Assembly (NCBI GenBank): GCA_963706285.1
Contig: CAVPLU010000015.1
Span: 1 to 32,959 of the forward strand
From: Candidatus Bathyarchaeota archaeon
GTDB taxonomy: Archaea; Thermoproteota; Bathyarchaeia; 40CM-2-53-6
Direction of reading: 5' to 3'
DNA length: 32,959 bases
Shown: piece after piece, positions 1 to 10,152 of the stretch
How positions within the stretch are numbered: position 1 is the stretch's first letter
How the letters are laid out: every line of letters starts with the position of its first letter
Notes under the pieces: model-generated
The model's input: the letters and a program-made list of their open reading frames with translations, nothing else
Told to the model about the DNA's origin: nothing
Database searches by the model: none
Made by a program: the position numbers and the translations under genes

Positions 1-299
1 CCCCATTTTTTTTAAAATCCGATTTTTCTTGTTATGAATCCAAGGTGCCCATATTCAGACACGTGTCCGCGTGCTCACTCTCTGCCAAACTGCGCATTTC
101 AAAACTCATGGCGAGAATCCGATCGCTCGCACCAAGCACGGAACACATCTAAGTCCAAAAAACCACGAACGAGACGGTTTCGTCAAATGTACATGCCCGC
201 GCCATCGTCCGTCAAGATAAAGGGGAAGCTGTCAAGTAATGCCGCAAGGTCTCAAGATGACAGAATTGGCGCGTTTCGCTTCAGACTGTAGACGGTGAA

Positions 300-1155
300 T
301 TGATTCAATTGTCGTTTGAAATCCAAGAACTAGCTGACATCATAAGAGTGATTGTTCTTCTTAGCCTACGCAAGGGCGATCGGCACGAGTTCCTGTCACT
401 TAAGCGACGGATAGACAAGATCTGTGCAGGCCCTCACGTCCACGTCGAAATGAATGACCTCGATCGAGCGTTGAAAGAGATGGTTTCCGAGGGACTCGTT
501 CTGTTTCAAGAGGGAGCGGTTCAGCTGACTGATCGAGGCGTCAGACTCGGCGAGGAATGGCGAAGGCTCCTCTTGAAGAAGGACCCTGTGATCGAAGTTG
601 TAGCTGGATTAGCTGATGGATCAGTTACCGGGACTGGTTGTCGTGCTTTCCGCATTCATTGCAGGCCTATCCACCAGCGCTGCAACGTTCGCAGCCTTTC
701 TGACGCTGACCTCTGTCGCGATCACCAATTTCTCCAGTTTCATGCTTGGCGGCATCACTGAGGACTTGGCAGACTTGGTGAACCTGCGGGCATTGATGGA
801 CTATAGTGTGAGCGACATTCCTGACAAGATGGAAAGAGACAAGTCTCTTGCAGTACTCAGGCACCTATTCACCGTTCTTCACAAAGAGATAGGTAGATCG
901 AACCTTCAAGCAGCAGCGATCTGTGGAACAACCACATTCCTATCAGGCATCATGCCAATCCTGGCATACTTGACTCTGCCAAGCCCGTTAGACATCATTC
1001 TGTCGTTGAGTTTGGTAGCCACCATCGCTGGTGTTTTCTTAGTCAGATATCGTTCCAAAAAAACAAGAGTCCACTGGAAAGCCACGCTGCTTGAAACAAT
1101 TGTAATAGTGACTATCGCAGTTCTCGCTTCACTACTGCTTGGACGTAGTCTCTAG
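300..1155 (+). CDS. Winged-helix domain fused to a VIT1/CCC1-family membrane domain; one apparent frameshift at GGG 630-632
   Basis: ORF 300..761 up to VVAGLADGSVTG joins ORF 616..1155 at LVVVLSAF if one G is removed from 'accgggactg'. The N-terminus has a wHTH signature (LDRALKEMVSEGLV...VQLTDRG). The C-terminal part has VIT1-like motifs GLADG, SFMLGG-x-TED and TFLSGIMPILAY, with about 5 TM segments. Confidence 0.7.
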
Positions 1156-1172
1156 ATCAAATGCTAGGTTCC

Positions 1173-1652
1173 TCAACCACTGAGCAGCTGACCAAGGAGA
1201 GCCCATCCGTAGTATCCGGCGTAAGCATAGAAGAGGCTCAGGATGGTCTTCCCGATGATTCCTGCCAACAAGGCCTTCGCTTTCGGGTACCGCATGAACC
1301 CGAGCGGTATCCACACTATGTCGTCAGGACTTAGCGGCGTTGCCGCAGTGGCGACGATCAGCCAGAACCCGTATTTTCCGTACCTGACGCGCCATTTCTC
1401 GAATCTTTTGCGAGTCTCGGGAGAGAACAGGATCCTCCCACCGAGACCGATGTAGTAGTGGAGAAACTGACCGGCTCCTGCCCCGATTCCCGAAACAACC
1501 CCCACCACTATCGGGTTCAGTTGCGTCGCCATCAAGGGAATGAGAACATAGGAGGGAAAGAAGGGAATAACCGACCCTAGAAAGCCCGCCAGGAAAGCAC
1601 CCAAATAACCCATTCGATCCATTGTTTCAAGTGCTGATTCAATCCAAGACAT
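1173..1652 (-). CDS. DedA/VTT (SNARE-associated) family membrane protein
   Basis: GYLGAFLAGFLGS...P, GAGAGQFLHYYIG and TPLSPDD...PLG...GK pattern typical of DedA/YqaA-like proteins; hydrophobic throughout. Confidence 0.85.
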   Translation of the reverse strand: MSWIESALETMDRMGYLGAFLAGFLGSVIPFFPSYVLIPLMATQLNPIVVGVVSGIGAGAGQFLHYYIGLGGRILFSPETRKRFEKWRVRYGKYGFWLIVATAATPLSPDDIVWIPLGFMRYPKAKALLAGIIGKTILSLFYAYAGYYGWALLGQLLSG

Positions 1653-1926
1653 GCAGTTCTCAGCGCCATTCTATGGTCTCGTGCCACTCGTATGCCTTTG
1701 ATCGAGCGGCCCGCTACGAATGCTTTGACCTACTTGAATACTTGCAGATTGACGGCCTCACATCGTTCTCTTTATCCAAGAAGACGTGACAAAACTGGAA
1801 TCAGGTCCTCCACAAGTTACATCATCTAAGTCTGGGCTCTCCAGGCACGAGCATTGACGCCTTAATCCCTCCTCCGTGGGCACGAGCAACACTAATTGAA
1901 CCGTCGTTCAGACCGTGATTTTCTTG

Positions 1927-2099
1927 GTGGTGGTGCGCACCAAGCTGATCGCACGCAATGGAACGATTGAATCGTCCATGCATGTTCGGGGCAAGATCTG
2001 GGGGCGGAAGTAGTCCGAGTTCAATGCGGCGTGTGTGGCATGTTCAAGATCGCATTCTGCAAAGAGGTGCCGCCCTCCGGGAAAGAGGTACCGCTTTGA
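1927..2099 (+). CDS. Possible small zinc-ribbon-like protein (needs one added base near 1970)
   Basis: Manual translation: VVVRTKLIARNGTIE / IVHACSGQDLGAEVVRVQCGVCGMFKIAFCKEVPPSGKEVPL*, with HxC...CxxCG. Not in the ORF track. Confidence 0.3.
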
Positions 2100-2198
2100 A
2101 AGTTCTAATTAACGCGGATAAGGCGTGAGTCATCGTCTACCGTGGATGTGTGTGGCACATTAGGGACGGGCACCACAATTTCAATGCCATAGGAGGAT

Positions 2199-2792
2199 CT
2201 ATTTCGAGTGAAGCAGGATCTGGTTGTGTTTTCCCATGGCAAATAAGGCGCGATCTAGTCTGCGGAATGGCGGGTATTCTATCGAATTCCAAACCCTACT
2301 TGGCACTTGCCTGACCCAGCTATTGAAGTCGATTCGATAGGATTCGTACTCCCTCTCATCGTGGATCAGCTCGCCTGCTCGCGCAATCTCATCACTACGA
2401 CCAGAGATCAAGAGGTGCGCCTTGAGCACATACTGATCCCAAACCGGGTACTTGCGTGGGCTTATGATGTGGCATATGAAGAAGCGTTTCACCAGCCCCC
2501 CTTTCGAAAATGTTTCTGCAAATTTGACAACAGAGCGACCTTCCTTGAACCTCAACTCGTTCAATTCGCGTAAGCGTTTGATAACTGGACGAGGATCCCA
2601 GCTGGGTACTGGTCTGTATTTCCAGCCAAACAGATACCTCACATCATCTGCGGTGAGTTTTCCACCCTTCCACTTCAAATGCTCCAAGAACTTAGAGTCC
2701 GGATGCTGCGTGTTCTCTTCGTAGAATTGCTCCCAATAGTCAACAAGGTCCTCTGGAGAGCTACACGTGGTCTTGGAAAGTTTGACAAACAC
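2199..2792 (-). CDS. Hypothetical protein resembling the HhH DNA glycosylase superfamily
   Basis: 197 aa. Motif order FGWK, GGLVKRFFICHII-SP-xx-YPVWDQYVLKA, YESY, RRLDRALFAMGK parallels HhH, then P-x(1,2)-D, then the C-terminal helix of HhH-GPD-like proteins. Confidence 0.55.
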   Translation of the reverse strand: MFVKLSKTTCSSPEDLVDYWEQFYEENTQHPDSKFLEHLKWKGGKLTADDVRYLFGWKYRPVPSWDPRPVIKRLRELNELRFKEGRSVVKFAETFSKGGLVKRFFICHIISPRKYPVWDQYVLKAHLLISGRSDEIARAGELIHDEREYESYRIDFNSWVRQVPSRVWNSIEYPPFRRLDRALFAMGKHNQILLHSK

Positions 2793-2940
2793 GGATCAGT
2801 CCCTCTCCAAATCCCATGCTGATTGTTCCAAGTTATGCGGAATTGACTAATCCTGCTTTCTGGATGCTCAATCAGACGCTCCATCAGAGAGTGTCTAAAG
2901 GGTTAGATAGAATGTTCGTTAGATTGCTGATCGACGCTCT

Positions 2941-4059
2941 TTGATTGGTGAGGTTGCGAAGAAAGTCGCTCAGGATCTCGATCGCTTGATCGTTGAGAAG
3001 GAGCTTGGCGATCCATTTCTAGGCAATCGCAACTACCGACCGTATCCGCTAAATCCCAACTACCTCACGCAAATTCGACGTGTAGAGAGTGGCAGGAAAC
3101 TTGCCTTCATAGATGGTGGGAATCAGGAACTCATCGGCGCACCAAACTTCTCTGTCCAACTTAACAGAACCTACTTCAACCTCTTCGCAAGAGCGAAGAT
3201 GACGCAACCGAAGTCGCTGCCAAACAGGGTTGAGTTCATCTCAGTCACACACGCTGACTTCAGAAACGGGAAGATACACTACCACACCTCAACGTTTCCA
3301 GCGAATGAGAAGTGTTCCAGTTCTGTTCCTGACTTGTCCAACATTTCATTTGATTCGGCGGACAAGAGAATCATGGTAGGTAATGCACGCGCAGATATTC
3401 GTCGTGTTGCTTCCATAACCAGAAGATTCGCTGAATGGCAATGTGCCAAACAAATACTTGAGAATGAACTTGATCGAAAGGATATCTTGGTAATGGACGG
3501 TACGCTTTGGACAGGTTTTCCGAACGAGTCCAAGTATGCCAGAGCTGTATACTCAACGGCGAATGAGAAAGGGATTCTTTGCTCTGGCTTGTCGAAGACT
3601 AGTCGGCTCCTAACTACAACCGGGCTTTCTCTCTCGGGTGCTGTTAGAAGGCTGGCTTTGGACAACGAAGTCGGACCGGTGTGGTATTATTATCCTATTG
3701 CGGATTCACTGAGTACGGATCATCAGGCGGCCATTTTCCTGTTGAAGCTCAGCGATCAGTCACAACGCATCTTCAGATACGAGATCAATTCAGGGCAAGC
3801 AAGATCTCTCAATCCTGAGGAGCTTAATGAGATCTTCAGTGAGTTGTCGATCAACGCGAGCGACCTCAGTTTTCCTGGCTACCCTTATGGTCTGATTGAC
3901 GCGGATGACAATGCCCGCGTCAGGTTCGAAGAACTGGAGACATATCGAGTGTTATTGTTGTCTGAAATCTCTAAGCTCGGTTCTGCTGCGAAATTCGTTC
4001 GCCACATGCAATCAAGTGACGCTCACGATGTTTTGAATGGCCTCAGGGGGGTTTCGTAG
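2941..4059 (+). CDS. nurA: DNA double-strand break repair nuclease NurA
   Basis: Motifs AFIDGG, LVMDGTL, GLSKTS and GYPYGLIDADDNAR; lies directly upstream of herA-mre11-rad50. Confidence 0.93.
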   Translation: MIGEVAKKVAQDLDRLIVEKELGDPFLGNRNYRPYPLNPNYLTQIRRVESGRKLAFIDGGNQELIGAPNFSVQLNRTYFNLFARAKMTQPKSLPNRVEFISVTHADFRNGKIHYHTSTFPANEKCSSSVPDLSNISFDSADKRIMVGNARADIRRVASITRRFAEWQCAKQILENELDRKDILVMDGTLWTGFPNESKYARAVYSTANEKGILCSGLSKTSRLLTTTGLSLSGAVRRLALDNEVGPVWYYYPIADSLSTDHQAAIFLLKLSDQSQRIFRYEINSGQARSLNPEELNEIFSELSINASDLSFPGYPYGLIDADDNARVRFEELETYRVLLLSEISKLGSAAKFVRHMQSSDAHDVLNGLRGVS

Positions 4060-4061
4060 GC

Positions 4062-5583
4062 TTGACAGTCTGCGGGCAGATTGTTGCTGGCGAAATAGGC
4101 AAGATCCTCATACGAGAGAAGAGCGGTGAGAAAATCGAGCTTGGAGACCTGCTCGTAGTCGAAGATGCTGAAGGCTTTCTCATAATGCAGGTCTACGATC
4201 TTCTCTATGGAAGCCAGATATCGAAAATGGCAAGGGAACAGATTGCCGGCCTGAAATTGGAGGGTTTCGGCGTCGGGTTAGAATTCTTTGAACCGCAGCT
4301 GAGAAACTACGTGCTGGCACAGGCGAAAGCGGTCCTACGATTCACCAGCAAAGCTCAGGCGGCAAAGACGCTCCCAGATTTCTTCGGAATAGTAAGACAC
4401 GCAGAAGCGAAAGACCTGCAGTTCCTGAGCAAGCCCGAGAATCCGATCTACCTCGGCAAGGTTCGCAGCGGTTCGAAGGTGATGGATGTTCCGGTCTACT
4501 TGGACGGGTCGGAGGCTCTGGTTCACCACATACTCATCCCCTCCGCGACCGGCAGAGGAAAAAGCAACCTGGTCAAAGTCATGCTCTGGAGCATTATCGG
4601 TCAACACAAGTTTGGCGTCTTGGTCTTGGACGCTCATGACGAGTACTACGGCAGAACGGGCGTAGGCCTCAAAGACCACCCGACAGCCAGCGGCGGGTTA
4701 GCGTATTATTCGGTGAATCCGCCGCCCGGCACGAACACCCTCAGTAATCAGTCTCAAGACGATTCTGCCCTCACACCTTGAAGGCATTATTTCGCTCACT
4801 GAAGCTCAGGGGCAGGCTGTGCGCAGATACTACACAGAATACAGGGAAAACTGGATAGAGAATATTCTCCGAGGAACGCCATTAGAAGGCGTGAAGGACG
4901 TAACGCTCGGCGTCCTACAGCGAATCATCAACACCAAACTATCCATCCACATTAAGGACGGAGAGATTGCCTGCAGGAATAGACTCTTCAGCGCCACCGC
5001 GGGCGAGTCTACAGTCAAGGAGATCGTGAGTGCGCTCGAGAATGGCAAGATCGTCGTTATCGACACGTCGAAGATCGGCGACGAGGCCGAGCTTCTAATT
5101 GGAAGCATGATCGCAACAAACGTCCTCGACAGTTACCAGAACAGCAAAGCCGAGGGAACACTCAAGGACAAGCTCCCGGTTAGTATCGTGATCGAGGAAG
5201 CCCCTCGAGTACTAGCAAGCGAAAAGCTGCAGGCTGGGGAAAACGTTTACAGTCGGATCGCGAGGGAAGGTCGAAAATTCAAGGTTGGCCTGATAGCGAT
5301 AACTCAGCTTACAAGTGTGATTCCACGCGACATTCTAACGAACATTAACACGAAGATAATTCTTGGAAACGAGATGGCTACGGAGAGACGTGCGGTAATA
5401 GATAGCGCCGCTCAAGATCTCGAAGACGACGACCAGATGATAGCGAGTCTCGATAAGGGCGAGGCGATAGTTACCAGTATATTCACAAGATTCGCCGTGC
5501 CGATACAGATACCTCTCTTTGAGAGCCTCGTCAAGGAACAGAAGGCCGCTCGGAAGCAGTCAGATTTGGAGTATACTGGGTAG
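4062..5583 (+). CDS. herA: HerA helicase/translocase (HAS barrel plus FtsK/HerA ATPase); one frameshift near 4743
   Basis: N-terminal barrel (GQIV...IELGDLLVV), Walker A ATGRGKSN, LDAHDEY, Walker B IVIEEA and IAREGRKFKVGLIAITQ. ORFs 4062..4781 and 4819..5583 join through TNTL/VISLKTILPSHLEG when one base is removed. Confidence 0.93.
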
Positions 5584-5590
5584 ACTCTAT

Positions 5591-6857
5591 TTGGGAAGCT
5601 TCGCTCACCTGTCGGACATTCACATCGGCGCGTTCAGACAGCCAATTCTCCAAGACCTTGCACTCAAATCATTCACACGAGCAATGGACATCTGCATTGA
5701 GCGAGCGGTCGATTTCATAATAGTGAGCGGCGACCTCTTCGACTCAAACATCCCAGACATGGCATTGGCAAATGCAGCGGTAAAGAAGATCAGAGAAGTC
5801 ACAAAGAAAGGCATCCCATTCTACGTCGTTTACGGCAGCCACGACTTCAGCCCAACCCAAACATCTATCGTTGACCTGATCGAAAGTGCGGGCCTCTTCA
5901 AGAAAGTCACACAGGGCAAAATGATCGACGGTAAATTGCATCTTGAGTTTCAGGTCGATGACCGTACCAATGCGAAACTCTGCGGCATTTCGGGCAGAAG
6001 GCTAGGAATCGAGAAAGAATACTACAACGTCTTGGACAGGGCTTCGCTGGAGAAAGAAGACGGATTCAAGATATTTGTGATGCATGGCGCCGTAACCGAG
6101 TACAAGCCAAAGTACGCTGCGGAATCAGAATCAATCCCTTTGTCGAGTTTGCCGAGACAATTCGCTTACTATGCTGGAGGGCATATCCACGAGAAACTCC
6201 TCAGCAACGAGTACGGGTACAATCTAGCATATCCCGGGACGCCCTTCGGCGCCGACTATCGCGACCTAGAAACCACCGCAAGAGGCCAAGAGAGAGGCTT
6301 CTTCATCGTCAAATTCTCCACAAGAGTCGAGAAGATTGAGTTTGTGCCAGTCCCGGTTTGTAGCTACGGGCTAATCGAATACGATGCTAACGGCAAGACC
6401 GCAGCGAAAGTGCAGGAGGATCTTCTCAAGCTCGCGGGAGAGCATGATCGGGTGAGCAACCGATTGTTCCTTCTGAGGGTCTCGGGGGAAATGTCAGGCG
6501 GCAAAACCTCCGAGATAGATTTCCAGCACATAAGAAGGACGATGAAAGACAACGGCGCACTTGAGGTGCTGCTCAACTATCAGAGATTGACCTCGAAGGA
6601 ATACCGCTGCGATACGAGTAGCCGGCATGGGCGAGGAAGTTCACAAGATCGAGGAGAGACTCTTCAGGGAAAACATTGGAAACGTGAGAGTCTCAAACCC
6701 CAAGCTGAAAGCTGACTCAGGCGTCCGAACCTCGTGCGAGCTACTCTCTGTCCTCAAGCAACCAAAGAAAGAAAATGAAACCAAGGGAAGCCACGAAACT
6801 CGAATCATCAGCGCCGCAGTTGACGCGCTTGGCTTGAAGGAGACGTTGTCGGAATGA
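5591..6857 (+). CDS. mre11: Mre11 nuclease; one frameshift near 6605
   Basis: Phosphoesterase motifs SDIH, GDLFD, GSHD, MHG, GHIH and YPG. Likely TTG start at 5591, just after the herA stop. The C-terminus continues KEY/AAIRVAGMGEEV into ORF 6627..6857, whose stop overlaps the rad50 start (ATGA). Confidence 0.93.
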
Positions 6858-8996
6858 TGCTCAAAGCGCTGACGCTTGAGAACATCCGCAGCTACAAGGA
6901 TGAGATGCGCATTCAGTTCCCTTCAGGCACGATCCTATTCGAAGGCGACATTGCATCCGGAAAATCCACGATACTCTACGCGATTGAGTTCGCGCTCTTC
7001 GGTCTCGGTGACATGAAATCCTCGTCGCTGCTAAGAAACGGCGCCAAACGCGGTCAGGTCGCCCTTCGGTTCGAAGTCGACGGAAAAGAATACGAAGTTC
7101 ACAGGAGCCTAATCAAGAAAGGGAAAATCATTCAGCAGGATGAATGTTACATCGACGGACCAAATGGGAAAAATGTTCTCTCTGCTTCTGAGTTGAAGGA
7201 GAGAGTCCTCCAGCTTCTAGGATTCAACGAACCGTCCAATCCGAGAGCTCAGAGCGTGATCTACCGCTACGCAATCTTCACTCCGCAAGAAGAGATGAAA
7301 GAAGTCATCCTGAAGCAACCTGACGAGAGACTGCAGACACTACGAAAGGCGCTGAGAATTGAAGACTACAGAATTGCAGCCGACAACACTTCAGCACTTC
7401 TTGGAAAATTGAAGGAGAGAACAAAATACCTCGAAGGCGCAACCCAAGACCTAGACGCCATCAAGAAGAAGATTGATGATGAGAAGAAGCTGATCGCAAA
7501 GATCACGGATGAGCTAGGCCCTCTAAAGCAGAAGGAAACACACCTCAAGGAAGAAATCAAGACCAAGAACGAGAAGCTGAAACAGCTTCAGGGAGAACGA
7601 GAGAAGATCAGGAAAGCCGAGGCGACAATCCCGCTTCTGAGGAATCAAATCGAAGACAAGAATGCATCAGTGAGACTCGCTACAGAACAGAATCAGTCGC
7701 TCAAGAAGAGAATCGATGACACACAGACCCAGGATATCAGAACTTGAATCCGTAAGGCAACCTACTGAGAAATCAAAGGATGAACTCAGACGAACACAAA
7801 ACGAACTCAAGATTAGACTGGAGAATGTGCAGAAACGGAAGGGTGGATTCGATGAGCGCATCGCCAACTTGAACTCGATACTCCAGCAGAAAATATGTCC
7901 GGTGTGCGAGCGGCCCGTGGAGTCGGAGGAGTTTCGCAGCAAATGCCAACATGTGACCGCGGAACGCTCCAGACCTTGATCGCGAAATCGGCAATTGTGA
8001 GAAGTCAATCGCAGAAATCGAGCAGCTCATAGACGGACTAGGCCGATACGAAACGGCGCAAAGTCAGCTGAGCATACTTCGCTCGCAAATGAAGGAGAAC
8101 ACCGATAGATTCGAACGGAACAATCGAACAGTCAACGAGCTCACCGAAGGATATCAAGGTGCTCCAAGCGCAGCTGAACGATGCATTATCGAAGGTCGAG
8201 CCTCTGCAACAGGTCTTGCGAAGTACTGATATGTTGGAGAAAGAAGTTGAGAAACTGAACGACGAGCTCGCCGATGTTGGGAAACGGATTTCGGCGAAAC
8301 AAACGTCCGTGCAGAGCTGCCGAAGAGACTCTGAAAGAACTGCAGACGCAATTGGATCAGAAGACGAAGTGGCTGGAAACATTGAAGTCGTTTCGAGAAC
8401 ACAACATCTGGCTAGGCGAATACTTGGCTCCCACGATCGTAAATATCGAGAAGCACGTGATGACTTCAATAAATCAGAGGTTCGCTGAGCAGTTCGCAAA
8501 ATGGTTCCAGATCCTGATAGAAGACGCGGACATGCAGGTCCGAATCGACGAGGACTTCTCACCGATAATTGAACGGGAAGGATACGAGCAGGACTTCAAC
8601 GCCTTAAGCGGAGGTGAGAAGACAAGCGTCGCTTTAGCCTACAGATTAGCCCTAAACACTACCGTTCAAGAAGTCACGATAGGTGGAGACTCGAACTTGC
8701 TGATCCTTGATGAGCCCACAGACGGCTTCAGCAAAGAACAGCTCTACAAGATTAGGGATATTCTTGAGGAGTTGAAGTGTCCGCAAGTAATTCTGGTGTC
8801 GCATGAAAGGGAACTTGAAGGCTTCGCAGATCATGTCTTCAAAGTGAGCAAGTCGGATGGCGTTTCCGGGCTTGAGAGCGAATTAACGGCGTGTAAAGGA
8901 CCGAACATGGTTGCCAGTTTTCTTCCTAGCAACGTCAAGATGAAATCCGAGTTAGGTATTTGCTTTGACTGTTCTCCGATCCCTGCAATTTTCTAG
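6854..8996 (+). CDS. rad50: Rad50 ATPase; four frameshifts (about 7727, 7972, 8150, 8314)
   Basis: LENIRSY, Walker A GDIASGKST, Q-loop FTPQEE, coiled coils, zinc hook CPVC (7896-7907), signature LSGGE, Walker B LILDEPT and H-loop VSH. The last ~35 codons may not be genuine. Confidence 0.93.
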
Positions 8997-9004
8997 CTGA
9001 GCGC

Positions 9005-9578
9005 TCAGTACACATCGTACACTGTTACGTCCCAGAATACGAGGAATGTTGGATTAGAAGCGTGGTTTGGGCCTTCTAGGAATATCTCGATTTCAAGTCC
9101 GACCCGTGTTCTCCCTAATTGTTCGGCGGGAATACTGTACAGGGGAACGTACTTCGTCTTGCTGTATTCTTCATGGAAGTCCCATGTGGTACGGTTCATT
9201 ATCGTTTCTGGATAGAGGCCAAATATTCGTGTCTCACGGGGCCCCTCTCTGTCCTCAATGATCATGTAGCCGACAATGCGGGCTACTTCGATCGTGGCAT
9301 TGATCTGTTGATTCGCACGCAATGTCAGGACGATCTTCAGTTGGTTCGTCTTTGGAACGAACTGTTCCGAACGGAGATAGTTGATAGGGACTCCTTCGAT
9401 TAGGGTTCCGTTGACTGTCAGTAGGTGCTCCTCGCGTGTTCGAGGTTGAGTCAGGGTCGGTGTTTCGTTAGCTGTGATCGGATGCTCCTCGCGGTGCGGA
9501 GGCGCCAAGCCACATACAGGATAGGGATCGCTATGACGATCAGAACGAGAAATGCAAGATCCACCTAGATCTCGTCAT
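9005..9578 (-). CDS. Hypothetical protein with a probable N-terminal membrane anchor (frameshifted 5' end)
   Basis: ORF 9005..9508 looks beta-rich and protein-like. An upstream alternate frame encodes LAFLVLIVIAIPILYVAWRLR, and there is an ATG at 9578 (MTRSRWI). Two indels are needed to join them. Confidence 0.5.
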
Positions 9579-9777
9579 GTCCAGATCTTCCTTGGTGATG
9601 AGAGCAGATGCGGCATATTCATCTGTAATAAGATGACCGGTAGACTGTGGCACTTCGTCAAAACACACTGTGCAGGCAAGGTAAAATCTTCTCATTGAGT
9701 GCAGGAATAGTTGAGTAGTCCGAAGCTGAAGCTAGTCAAAAGCACGTAGATTATCAGCTATCGCATACGCATCGCGG

Positions 9778-10103
9778 TCAACTGAATCGGAAAAAGAAGC
9801 TCAAGTAGAGGATCGGTAGGAAGAGCGCTACGCCGACAAGAACGGGCACGAGGTTAACCAGTAGACTTTCCTTCGTCTTCGATTTGAGCAGCATGAATCT
9901 TATCCTAATCGCAAAATGGATTGTGAATACAGCCATCGTTGGAACCGCTAGATCGAAGTGAGCCAGAAAACCCCAGTATCGATCGATGAAACCTTTCGTA
10001 AGCATGTAGCCGCTAACGGTCATAACTAGAACAATGCCCAGAGTATCCACGCGGTTACTCGGTCCAACTTGTTCAAGGCTACATTGAGATCCAAATCAGT
10101 CAA
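9778..10103 (-). CDS. Small 3-TM membrane protein with two His on one helix (cytochrome b-like); frameshift near 10042
   Basis: LDLNVALNKLDRVTAWIL (frame of ORF 10026..10313) joins GIVLVMTVSGYMLTKG...AHFDLAVPTMAVFTIHF (H-x13-H). Directly downstream of the molybdoenzyme gene. Confidence 0.6.
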
Positions 10104-10152
10104 CCGAACATCGGAGACAGTCTCGACAAATTTCCTCTCAGGAATCGTGAGG

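Noticed and set aside
34-291. 85-aa ORF at the window start
   Set aside because: No recognisable motif and an S/R/P-rich composition typical of non-coding frames; probably the upstream region of the wHTH-VIT1 gene.
8880-8996. Rad50 C-terminal extension with CFDC as a possible extra zinc site
   Set aside because: Rad50 normally ends just after the GVS strand. This is likely read-through from another indel, and there is only one CxxC.
4062-8996. Programmed frameshifting or true pseudogenisation of herA/mre11/rad50
   Set aside because: No slippery heptamers at the breaks, no nonsense substitutions, and unrelated genes show the same indels. Sequencing error is more parsimonious.
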